Positions 10,201 through 18,414 of a stretch of 64,000 nt of DNA are shown in pieces. Both the position numbers and the translations under genes were made by a program. The number at the start of each line of letters is the position of its first letter. The first letter of the stretch is position 1. The stretch covers positions 128,001-192,000 of the forward strand of contig JAXGPF010000010.1 in NCBI GenBank assembly GCA_040767085.1, read 5' to 3'. The notes beneath the pieces are model-generated. The model was not told the DNA's origin, did not search any database, and saw only the letters and a program-made list of their open reading frames with translations. The DNA is from Kiritimatiellia bacterium. Its GTDB lineage: Bacteria > Verrucomicrobiota > Kiritimatiellia > JAAZAB01.

Positions 10201-12027
10201 GCGCTTGCGGAAGGCACTTTCGACGCGTTTACGGACGGGGCAGGGGAATTGCTGCTGACCAAAAACCGGCCCTACAACAGCAGCTCTTACAAGACCCAGG
10301 TGGATGTCCGCGGGATCATCGAAGGCTGGCGCTTGTTGGGCGATCCCAAATACCGCCGGACGGCCCTGGCGCTGGCGTGGCATTGGTGGCATCTCAATGT
10401 CGGGACTTTCCCGGTCAATTACATGAATCCCATGGGAGTTTGCGGCAATTTCCTGTATGAGGAAACGGGCGACCCGTCCATTCCGGCCGGACTGGACTAT
10501 GCCATCCGCCGGGCGGCAACCCTGAAAGCGCCCGTGGGCGCCTCGGCGATCGCATCCTTGTTTGAAAGCCTGCCGTATGCCATGGATGTGGTGGCGCGTT
10601 GCCCGCCGCTGGCTTCCTGGGCGGCCTGCAATGATTACGGTTCGCCCGTCAGCATAGCCGTCAACAAGGGCAACAACGGCGTGGTGGACCTGACCATCCT
10701 CAATCCCCCGACGGAATTGGGCCGGCAATTCGGCTTGCGGGGCATTGGGATCGTTGATCCATGGGGGCAGGATTTGCACCGGGTGCTCGAACGCAGCAGC
10801 GGCGCCGCTGCGGCGCGGATTCCCAAAGACGCTCCGGGCGGATGTTACGAGATCGTCCCGTCGGAGTCAGGGGAACATTTTGTGCTGGCCGGCGGCCCGA
10901 CGCCCATGGTGCTGCATGCCACGAATTACTGGTCCTTGCCGGAGCTGGCGCCGGCCGGGCGGGTGTATTTCAAGGTGACGGAGGACAGCGCCGAGGCCCG
11001 GATTTTCTTTGAAGGCCGGGCCAGGCTGTTTGATCCGCAAGGCCAGGCGTTTGGAGCCGCCGACGGCGTTCAAGGCTGGATTGACCTGCCGGCGGACAAG
11101 CCTGGGTTATGGAGTTTCGAGCCGCTGGAAAACCGGCTGGTACGCGGACAGAATTTTCCGCCATTTTACGCCTTCGGAAGGCCGGAGAATTATTTCATGC
11201 CGCCGATCGCGTGGGAACGCGCGGCGCGGGTGGAGGCGTTGCCGGCCGCCGGCCCGGCAGCCGATGCGGTGTTTGTTCCCGGCGCCATCCCGGAATCCGG
11301 CAACCAGGCGTTATCACTGGCCGGCCGGCGCTCTTTTGAAGTGGCGGCCGGGCCGGCGCATCCCTCCGGGGATGGCGGGCAATATTTGCCCTATCGTTCC
11401 GGCACAATCGAGTTTTTCCTGCGGCCATACTGGGCGACCTTCGACCTGGGCACGGGCAATGTCCAGCGCAGCTTTGTCCGCATCCTGAACGACAAGTCTC
11501 CCTGGGTGCTTTTGTATCGGTTGGATCCGGAAGGAGTATTGGAAAACCTTGCGCCCAAGGACCCGTCGCATGCGCTCTATGGCCGGATCATGCTCGATAC
11601 GTCCCCGCAGCCGGCTAATTTGCGGGTGTGGCGGACCCAGGCGATTTTCGAACGCGGCGAATGGACGCATGTCGCCTGGTCGTGGGGGCCGGAGATTAAT
11701 TACGGGCCGCACCGCGAAAAGCTTAACCTGATGACCATGCGGATCTTCGTCAACGGCCGCGGCCGGAAGATGGTGATCTTCCGCACCGCCGCGGATGCGC
11801 TGGCGCTGGGAGTGCCGCATACCCTCGTGCTGGACCCGTTGCAGGGCGCGGTGGACGAGTTGCGCATTTCGGACATGCAACGCTACCGGGAGGATTTTGT
11901 GCCGCCGGCGCGCGAACGCGCGTTTGCCATGGATGAACATACCCGGGCGCTGTTTCACTTCGACGGCAACCTGGAAGTGCAAAGTCATGGCGCCGCCGCG
12001 CCGGCCGCAGGCAGTCTCAAGCCTTGA
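7276..12027 (+). CDS. Large secreted multidomain glycan-active protein (CBM9-like N-terminus, central rhamnogalacturonan-lyase-like region, LamG-like C-terminus)
   Basis: Signal peptide MKLLHYAVCGLALLARPGFAGA; PRIDG..DD.CW..A / WQAEVAIPFAAL CBM9-like motif; WPVVLGVPFPRGAL..DGS-like segment; WTHVAWSW..DELRISD..ALFHFDG; ORF track start 7234. Confidence 0.7.
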   Translation: MKLLHYAVCGLALLARPGFAGAEEAAGSLRFDFNPAHVVRPQKDAGPQLFTLAIEKCPAAPRIDGAPDDPCWAAAAELTDFGIPEPPTRARICYDDRALYCFVRCEAQKGRAPRGEPRARDAGMRQDDNIHIVVSPGVGADKEHFFRINPAGSIYDARMGDESWNPEWAQAVQRDSSGWQAEVAIPFAALGLGAPPPSLGFNIGRSGPDLMMRAWYITLHSSAAGSALILKGAGPDTAADAAGAQAVQTSADLTAEGAGLAVVLPRSFARPQDRWIDAVLQLAPGGALKDTRLTASLFALGGREPLATASIVPEHDCGLFSVDLRRHNLADAEVKLEYTIGERRLGLAKMFLTAQAAEILPAGRKIPVQLDLPAGLEPVEGWPVVLGVPFPRGALWDAGKLRLVDDAGAEIPCQKEIVSRWAREGSVQWVRFDALVNSGQGCWVETSASGKVPAQPVSVREAAGQWIIETGAAKYVLARGASPVAEIWSDGRKIAASAGTRGLFVIDQNGQVASAAAEGETVAVEAAGPAAACVRFEGFYRTVDGVNLARHITRVEAFAGQPFARVTHTLVLSEDTRKVWFREAGWEFAVAPGADPRAVFNIDREDSSRVAEQRLAGAASAYMLQGEHERYGAGTNRFVVAAGNQILAEGAECGDWAMLAGEAGGLLAACKEAARQHPKEFEMHADRLAVKLFSSRAGEELEFAPAKLAQKWNLQGDIAAAVNAVETDAAGWSKTHELMLAPLPPTGAVDRAALLARLHSQPVFALVDPEWIHQSGAMGPLHPRDTRRFPAAEKAIEYVFGIWSRFGHEPGHYGFVDYFAGPTYNGSSGPCSAQRYRFTYGLRSSIWLVYARSGDRAARIFAEGSNKAYLDNYLAHWDVPGKVRGIFTASGGKPFAQLPFYWGKGSSFNISSSTDLNQFLWLYYLTGYRRAKDAVAEFGEGLKRGWQPGRRDWRPLMVFRTLTQCYGFTWDPRLRALAEGTFDAFTDGAGELLLTKNRPYNSSSYKTQVDVRGIIEGWRLLGDPKYRRTALALAWHWWHLNVGTFPVNYMNPMGVCGNFLYEETGDPSIPAGLDYAIRRAATLKAPVGASAIASLFESLPYAMDVVARCPPLASWAACNDYGSPVSIAVNKGNNGVVDLTILNPPTELGRQFGLRGIGIVDPWGQDLHRVLERSSGAAAARIPKDAPGGCYEIVPSESGEHFVLAGGPTPMVLHATNYWSLPELAPAGRVYFKVTEDSAEARIFFEGRARLFDPQGQAFGAADGVQGWIDLPADKPGLWSFEPLENRLVRGQNFPPFYAFGRPENYFMPPIAWERAARVEALPAAGPAADAVFVPGAIPESGNQALSLAGRRSFEVAAGPAHPSGDGGQYLPYRSGTIEFFLRPYWATFDLGTGNVQRSFVRILNDKSPWVLLYRLDPEGVLENLAPKDPSHALYGRIMLDTSPQPANLRVWRTQAIFERGEWTHVAWSWGPEINYGPHREKLNLMTMRIFVNGRGRKMVIFRTAADALALGVPHTLVLDPLQGAVDELRISDMQRYREDFVPPARERAFAMDEHTRALFHFDGNLEVQSHGAAAPAAGSLKP

Positions 12028-12266
12028 AATGAGAAAAAACTATCCCAACAGGGAAAATCATATTGGCATCGGGAATTTTATTCAAACGGCTGCAAGGCCT
12101 CGGCATCAAACAGCAAAATAAGTATTAATGGCTGGCGCTGATCTGGATGGCCTTGCATGGGCTTTGGAAGGCGCATGAATGCTTTGCCGCGCAAGGCGCG
12201 GAGTTGCGCGGCGCATGCTTGGCGCGCAGGTATTGGGTGGTTGAGCGGCCAAAAGCTTCGCTTTTT

Positions 12267-13079
12267 TTATCCGGACTTCTGGCGCCGGTATTCCGACGGG
12301 GGCATGCCTGCAATGCGCCGAATCAGCCGCGCAAAATAATTTGAGTCCGCAAATCCGCATTGGTGCGCGACGTCGCCCACCGGCAGCCGGCTGTGTTGGA
12401 GCAACGCCAAGGCATTTTGTACGCGCAACCGCTCCAGATACACGGATGGCGGCAATCCTGTCCCGGCTTGGAACCTTGTGGACAATGTCGCGCGCGGCAC
12501 CGCCAGCAGGGCGGCCAGTGTTTTGACGTTCAATCCCGGGTCGCCGCATTTTTGGTGAATGAATGCCCGCGCTTTCTTGACCATGGCGTCACCCGGCGGC
12601 TCGTGCCGCCAGGACGCGCGCAGCAGGATGGCAAACGCGGTTTGGCAGCTTTGCGATTCGGTCTGCAGCGCGGGCAGCGGAACCGTGCGGCGCAATTTCC
12701 GGAACAGCGTCACGGGCGCCGGCCCCGCGTCAAAAATCGTCGCCTCCAATCGCATGGCGGCCGTGATGACCACCGCCAGCGGGCCATCCAAGGTCAGCCA
12801 GTAAAACGCCCAATCCGGTCCCATGGTATGGAAAAAATGGCGCATGCCCGGCAGCAATATCGCAATCTGATGACGTTGCAACACATGATCACGTCCGTGA
12901 AGATGCAGCCATCCAGCGCCCCGCATGCACCAGAAGATCTGAAGCGAAGGCATTGTCTTGTCAACGCTCGCGTACGGATGCGCACAACACATGCAGCCGG
13001 TGCTGCGCACGCCAAAAGGCAAATGCGCCGCCGGCCGGCGGTCAGGCCGGCGAGTGTAGTAATATTCCATCAAATGCAT
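12267..13079 (-). CDS. AraC family transcriptional regulator
   Basis: N-terminal cupin; C-terminal ALALLQHSRLPVGDVAHQCGFADSNYFARLIRRIAGMPPSEYR. Confidence 0.92.
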   Translation of the reverse strand: MHLMEYYYTRRPDRRPAAHLPFGVRSTGCMCCAHPYASVDKTMPSLQIFWCMRGAGWLHLHGRDHVLQRHQIAILLPGMRHFFHTMGPDWAFYWLTLDGPLAVVITAAMRLEATIFDAGPAPVTLFRKLRRTVPLPALQTESQSCQTAFAILLRASWRHEPPGDAMVKKARAFIHQKCGDPGLNVKTLAALLAVPRATLSTRFQAGTGLPPSVYLERLRVQNALALLQHSRLPVGDVAHQCGFADSNYFARLIRRIAGMPPSEYRRQKSG

Positions 13080-13225
13080 GGATTTGCATTATAAGAATCC
13101 ATGGCCTTTATACAAGGATAAAACAATCCTTGAAAAGTTGTGTTCGTAACAAGTCAAGTGTCCGCTTTTTGTAACAAGTGATCTGTCCGATTTGTTATTG
13201 TGTGTTGTTGCTCCTGGGGTGAGGA

Positions 13226-13251
13226 TTTTCCTCCCCCGCGGGGGAGGAAAA
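13226..13251. terminator. Hairpin downstream of the transposase, possibly a bidirectional terminator
   Basis: TTTTCCTCCCCC-GC-GGGGGAGGAAAA perfect inverted repeat 3 bp past the stop. Confidence 0.6.
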
Positions 13252-13254
13252 AGT

Positions 13255-14439
13255 TTATGCGACGTCCTCCAGCGACGCCGAAATGTTCAACGGTCCTTGG
13301 TAGCGGCCAACCACATGCGGGCCATAACGGATGGACACCGTGCCATCGAGGTGCTCGCAGACTTTAACCCGGCACTTGGCGAAGCTGAAACGCCATTTTG
13401 ATGGTCCAATCTGCAAGCGGCGACTCCCGACAGCCACGGTATTGTCATTTTGAACCTCTCGCGCATGCTGCACACAGAAAATGCTGTCCAAATCCTGCTC
13501 ACCGCAAGGCACGAAACACGTTCCTGTTTCCCGCGCCTTCACCTTCATGTTGCGATTGAAGGAAGGCAGAAACTGTTGTTGAATATAGACGTTGGCCTCG
13601 GCCATCGTCCGGATTCCCGCCTGCCTTAATTCCTGCGGCAGGCGCCCTTGCCAGGTCTTAAACATCCGCTCTATTCGCCCACGTCCCTGGGGGCTATAGC
13701 TCGGAATATGTTCGATCCCCAACTGTTGCAACGCCCGTCCAATTTGCGTCAATTGACGCCGGTCCACCGCCCCGCCTTCTTTGGGCGTATAAAAGAAATG
13801 ACTGCCACGATCCGTGTACAGACTGCAGAAAACCCCATGTTTAATAATGACTTCTTTCAACCCCTTCATCACCGTTAATGTCCCTTCCTGGGGCACAAGA
13901 TAGGCCGTGTAGACTTCGCTGGTGGCATCGTCCATCACCAGGATCAGATCCTGCTTCTGGCCCGCCAGCAGGGGCAACCAGGCATGGGTGCTGCCATCCA
14001 CCATCAACATCATCCCCGCCATTGGTCGCCGTTCCCGCTGCTGCCGATGCGGCCCTCGTTTCCGGGCCTTCGCCACCAACCCGGCCGTCTGCAAGGCGCT
14101 CTTGACCCACTGATAACTGAGCTCGATCCCATGCTCCGCCTGCAGCTTCTCGTGAAAATGCCTCACATTGAAATCCATGTATTCTTCTCGGTACAACCTC
14201 AGCACCTGCTTCACCGTCGCAAGGGGCACGCGCCGCGGCCCCGGTATCTTCCGCCGACGATCCAGCAGCCCGTCGTAACCATACCGCTCGTAGCGCCCTT
14301 TCCAGCGCCGCATGGTCCGGTAGCTCACACCTAGTATCTCCGCCGCCTCCCACCACATTAACCGCCCTTCAATCGCACGCAAGATCACTTCCTGTACCTT
14401 CATTGCCCGCTCCAGTGCTGCCTTCGGATATTCATCCAT
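13255..14439 (-). CDS. ISNCY-family (rve-type DDE) transposase
   Basis: HTH (AAEILGVSYRTMRRW), DDE core MVDGSTHAW / YTDRGSHF / GRIERMFKTWQGRL; GGGGG SD before MDEYPK. Confidence 0.92.
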   Translation of the reverse strand: MDEYPKAALERAMKVQEVILRAIEGRLMWWEAAEILGVSYRTMRRWKGRYERYGYDGLLDRRRKIPGPRRVPLATVKQVLRLYREEYMDFNVRHFHEKLQAEHGIELSYQWVKSALQTAGLVAKARKRGPHRQQRERRPMAGMMLMVDGSTHAWLPLLAGQKQDLILVMDDATSEVYTAYLVPQEGTLTVMKGLKEVIIKHGVFCSLYTDRGSHFFYTPKEGGAVDRRQLTQIGRALQQLGIEHIPSYSPQGRGRIERMFKTWQGRLPQELRQAGIRTMAEANVYIQQQFLPSFNRNMKVKARETGTCFVPCGEQDLDSIFCVQHAREVQNDNTVAVGSRRLQIGPSKWRFSFAKCRVKVCEHLDGTVSIRYGPHVVGRYQGPLNISASLEDVA

Positions 14440-14530
14440 ATAACCCCCCTTTGAATGCACCATCCTGACAGCTTTAAGCGGACAAATCATTTGTTAATTA
14501 TGCGGCCAAGTCATTTGTTTACGACAGTTG

Positions 14531-14595
14531 TTGACACATGTTTGGCTTTGAGCTAATTATATTGTTATGCAATAGTTATATTGTATTGCAATATA
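14531..14595 (+). promoter_or_regulatory. Candidate sigma70 promoter with two tandem palindromic operators upstream of the IclR gene
   Basis: Perfect TTGACA at 14531-14536; TATATTG-N5-CAATAGT (14558-14576) and TATATTG-N5-CAATATA (14577-14595). Confidence 0.6.
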
Positions 14596-14606
14596 TACGG
14601 AGGGGT

Positions 14607-15470
14607 ATGAAGCTGCGCACCAATCGGATCAACTGCCTGGACCGGGCGCTGGATGTGCTGGAAGAGTTTGCGCGCGCCGAGGAACTGGGTGTCAGCGAAT
14701 TGGCCCGCAAGTTGAATACGCATGTCGCAACCATTTTCAATATCGTCAAAACGCTGGCCTTGCGCCGTTACTTGATCAATGTTGATGGCCGCTACCGGCT
14801 GGGGCCGGCGGCGGAACAATTGGCGGCCGCCATGCATGCCGCCCTGCCGTTGCCGCAGTTGCTGGATCCGATTGTCGGCGAACTCAGCCGGGCCACGGGC
14901 GAAAATGCCTTTGCCGCGATTTTGCATGGGGATCAGGCAAAATTGCTGGTTTCGCATCACGGCAGCCGCGATGTGACCGCCAACAGCTTCCGCGCCGACT
15001 GGCCATCGCCCCTGGATCTGGCCACGGGGCGGGTCCTGGTGGCGTTTGGACCGGAAAGTCTCTGGAAAAGGTTTGTGGACGAATGGCAGCGCAGGAAAAC
15101 TTTACGGAATGCCGCCGCGCCCATGGCGTTGAACGCCTGGCGCACGGAATTTCAGGCCATCCGCGCCCGTGGCATGGCGGAAATCCTGAATAAAGACCGG
15201 GAATCAGTTTCGGCTTTGGCGGCGCCGGTATTCGCCGCGTCCGGCCGCATTGCGGCTGCCATCGGCGTATCATTTCCGAGCCTGCGACTTACCAGGAAAT
15301 ATGCCGATTCATTGCGGAATGAAATCAGGCTTGCCGCGGCGTCCGCCACGCAAATCTGCGGCGGCAATATGGCCGGCGCCGGCGCGGCGCCGGAAAAACA
15401 GTTCGGGCATTCAGGGAAGGGCAGCGCGCGAGGCCCAGCGGCTGAGGAGAAGGGAAAAGCAATGAGATGA
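14607..15470 (+). CDS. IclR family transcriptional regulator
   Basis: LDRALDVLE..LGVSELARKL..ATIFNIVKTL..YRLG; C-terminal effector domain ATGRVLVAF..SALAAPVF; SD GGAGG before ATG 14607. Confidence 0.93.
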   Translation: MKLRTNRINCLDRALDVLEEFARAEELGVSELARKLNTHVATIFNIVKTLALRRYLINVDGRYRLGPAAEQLAAAMHAALPLPQLLDPIVGELSRATGENAFAAILHGDQAKLLVSHHGSRDVTANSFRADWPSPLDLATGRVLVAFGPESLWKRFVDEWQRRKTLRNAAAPMALNAWRTEFQAIRARGMAEILNKDRESVSALAAPVFAASGRIAAAIGVSFPSLRLTRKYADSLRNEIRLAAASATQICGGNMAGAGAAPEKQFGHSGKGSARGPAAEEKGKAMR

Positions 15471-18352
15471 GTTCGGCTGTCAAAATATATCAGGAATCCC
15501 TGCCGCTGAAAACATACCAGGTCGGTCCCGCCGATCGGGAGCCGCCGTTGATCCGCGAATTTACCCCGCGCAACCAGCCGATTTACCCATATTCCACCCA
15601 GGAATTGCTGACTTCCGCCAATTCCGTGCGCCATTACACGGCCATCATCCTGGAGAACGATTATCTGAAACTGACGGTGTTGCCGGAATTGAATGGCCGT
15701 CTGTATTCCGCGTTCGACAAGATTCATCAGAAGGAACTGTTTTACGCCAACCGGGTCATCCGTCCGGGTTTGTTCGGCTTGCGCGGCGCCTGGCCGGCGG
15801 TGGGCGTGGAATTCAACTTCCCCAACAGCCATACCGTGACCACCATGGCGCCGGTGCATTGTCATACCCGGCAGCATCCCGATGGAGCGGCTGAGATCGT
15901 GGTGGGCGACCTTGAATGCGTCAGCCGGATGAGCTGGCAGGCGGCCATCAAGCTCCAGCCGGATTCCAGCGCGATTGCCATGCGCTCTTGTTTGTTCAAT
16001 CCGACCGATTATCCGCGGCGCTATTATTACTGGATCAATGCCGCCTGCCCGGTGTACCCGGAAACGGAATTCATTTACCCTCCCGCCACCCGGCGGCTGC
16101 TGACGCATCCGCCGATGGATGCTTCCCGCCTTGGCTATCTGAACTGGCCGGCGCACCATGGCGTTGATGTGCGTTATTTCAAAAATATCCGGCAGCATCT
16201 GCCGGTGTTCGCGGAGCACATGCCGGAGGATTTTTACGGCATCTACCACCATCACCTGGATTATGGATTAGTGCATCTGGCTGATCGCAACCTGGTGCGG
16301 GGGCGGAAATTATGGATGTTCGGCACGGCGCGCGACGGCCGGATTTTCATCGAACAACTATCCGACGATGGAACGGATTATTGCGAGTTGCAGACCGGGC
16401 CGTTTTCCCTCCAGTCGGATTACCGTTTGTTGCCCCCGGGCGGCCGTTATGTCCAGAATGATCTATGGCTGCCGGTTGCCAAAACCGGCGGGTTCAATTG
16501 CGCCTGCCGCCAATTTGCCGCCCGGATCGGTTCCGGCGCCGATGCCGCCATCCGGGTTTGCGCGGCCGAACCATTGCATGGCTTGGAAATTTGGGCCGGG
16601 CGCCGTCAGGTCGGGCGCATTGAGGCCGCGCCGGGTGAAACTTGCGTTTTGGCAGGCAATTATGCCGCGGAGGAACTGACTTTCCGAGCGTCCGGCGGCG
16701 AAGTCGTCGCGGTTTACCGGCCAGCGCCGCCGCGGGTCAATGCGCGCACTATTCCCGCGCCGGCCGCCCGGCCGGTCCGATGCGGTTGTCTGCTGGGCAA
16801 ATACCTTGAGGAACAGGACTATCCGGCGCAGGCGGAGGCCGTCTATCTGGAGCATGCCCGGAAGGAACGGGGGGCAATGCTGGCGGCAGCCCGCCTGGCC
16901 ATGCGCCGGGGATTATGGGAGTTGGCCCGGGAACGTCTGGCCGCATTGCTCGTCGAAGACAGCCGCCATGCCGAGGCGTTGATATATTCCGGCATCCTGT
17001 ATCTGCGCGAGCAGGATTATGCGTCGGCCGAGCGGCAATTTTCCATTGCGGCGGACGATAATCAGTATCGCGCGCGGGCATTGGAACAGCTCGCGCGCGG
17101 CGCCGTTATGCAGGGGGAATACCGCCGCGCCCTGGAGATTCTTGATGGCCACGGCGCCCTGGCGGCGCTTTGCCGCCGCAAATTGAATCTGCCGGCAGAG
17201 GCTGCCATGCCGGACGAATTGTCGCCGCTGGCGCTCGGCGAGGAATTCTTTTCGGCCGGCCGTCTTGATTGGCCCGCGCATGCCGTCATGGAATCGGTTT
17301 GCGCATACTTGCAACTGCGCCATTACTCTGACGCCTTGACTCTGCTGGAACAGGCGGTTTCAAAAAAAGCAGCATGTCACTATTACGTCATGGCCTGGCT
17401 GAAGTCGCAATTACATGAGGATGGCGAATCGGCGGAATGCCTGAAAAAAGCGCGGCAACCGCCATGGGGCGGGGTGTTTCCATATGGACGGGAGACCGAA
17501 GATGTGCTGCGCTGGGCGTTGCAGCAGGCGCCGGATGACCATGCGGCGCATTATCACCTGGGATGCCTGCTGGCGTCCGATGACCGCTGGGACGAAGCCG
17601 CGGAATGCTGGCGGAAGGTGCGCCATGGCCGCCATTATGGCGATGCCCAGCGCGGCCTGGGGTTGTATAGATGGAAAATATTGCGCGATTTGCCGCAGGC
17701 TGTCGGGCATTACCAGGCGGCATTGGCAGGGAATGCCTCCGCCAAAACCGTAACGGAAGCGGCGCTTTTGTTGGATGATCTGGGTGACAGCGCCGCGCAG
17801 TTGAAACTATTCGACCGCCGCACCGAACTGATCGAGCGGGATTGCAGGATTAAACTGGCGTATATCCGGGCGTTGTTGGCCAGTCATCAACCGGAACACG
17901 CCGCGCGTCTTCTCGAACAGGGAGAATTCCGGCTGAGCGAAGGCAAGAAAACCGCCCGGGAACTGTATGTACAAACATTCAGACAATTGGCGGAGAAGGC
18001 GGCAAGCCGGAAAGAGCATGCCGCGGCCGCGGAATTTTACTTGCAGGCCGCCGATTACCCGGAAAATATCGGCATCGGCCGGCCGGCCGGCAACTGCGAC
18101 GCCGAAAGTCTATACCTCGCCGGGCAGGCGTATCTCCTGGCTGGCATGGGAAACAAAGCCCGCGCCTGTTTTGAACTGGGCGCCGCGCGCGGCGGCGCAT
18201 TGCAAATAGATTTCTTTCCTTTGCGTAATTTGATTTGGGAGGCGCCGGCCGCCGGCGCAATGGATCAAACCAATGAAAAATTCATGAATTTGTGCCGGGC
18301 TGCGCTGCGCCAGACACCGGCGGAATTGGAGTTGTCCGCGCAGACGAAATAA
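15467..18352 (+). CDS. DUF5107-domain protein with TPR repeats
   Basis: LENDYLKLTVLPELNGRLYSAFDK..ELFYAN.VIRPGL.GLRGAW..GVEFNFP; C-terminal TPR-like helices; ATGA overlap with the IclR stop. Confidence 0.85.
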   Translation: MSSAVKIYQESLPLKTYQVGPADREPPLIREFTPRNQPIYPYSTQELLTSANSVRHYTAIILENDYLKLTVLPELNGRLYSAFDKIHQKELFYANRVIRPGLFGLRGAWPAVGVEFNFPNSHTVTTMAPVHCHTRQHPDGAAEIVVGDLECVSRMSWQAAIKLQPDSSAIAMRSCLFNPTDYPRRYYYWINAACPVYPETEFIYPPATRRLLTHPPMDASRLGYLNWPAHHGVDVRYFKNIRQHLPVFAEHMPEDFYGIYHHHLDYGLVHLADRNLVRGRKLWMFGTARDGRIFIEQLSDDGTDYCELQTGPFSLQSDYRLLPPGGRYVQNDLWLPVAKTGGFNCACRQFAARIGSGADAAIRVCAAEPLHGLEIWAGRRQVGRIEAAPGETCVLAGNYAAEELTFRASGGEVVAVYRPAPPRVNARTIPAPAARPVRCGCLLGKYLEEQDYPAQAEAVYLEHARKERGAMLAAARLAMRRGLWELARERLAALLVEDSRHAEALIYSGILYLREQDYASAERQFSIAADDNQYRARALEQLARGAVMQGEYRRALEILDGHGALAALCRRKLNLPAEAAMPDELSPLALGEEFFSAGRLDWPAHAVMESVCAYLQLRHYSDALTLLEQAVSKKAACHYYVMAWLKSQLHEDGESAECLKKARQPPWGGVFPYGRETEDVLRWALQQAPDDHAAHYHLGCLLASDDRWDEAAECWRKVRHGRHYGDAQRGLGLYRWKILRDLPQAVGHYQAALAGNASAKTVTEAALLLDDLGDSAAQLKLFDRRTELIERDCRIKLAYIRALLASHQPEHAARLLEQGEFRLSEGKKTARELYVQTFRQLAEKAASRKEHAAAAEFYLQAADYPENIGIGRPAGNCDAESLYLAGQAYLLAGMGNKARACFELGAARGGALQIDFFPLRNLIWEAPAAGAMDQTNEKFMNLCRAALRQTPAELELSAQTK

Positions 18353-18414
18353 AGCGAAAGATTTGCCGCACGTTAATTCAGATTAAAGCAACAAACAAAT
18401 CGAAAGGATGGGTC

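Larger units (their letters stand above)
13141..14526 (-). mobile_element. Insertion sequence, ISNCY/IS1202-like (1386 bp)
   Basis: TGT...ACA ends; imperfect terminal IRs, each with two AACAA-N-T-N-A-NN-TG-N-CCG subrepeats; GTTG on both flanks (13137-13140, 14527-14530); encodes a DDE transposase. Confidence 0.85.

Noticed and set aside
14550-14600. dif/Xer site next to the IS1202-like element
   Set aside because: AT-rich but lacks the TTATGTTAAA XerD arm and 6-bp spacer geometry; better explained as operator palindromes.
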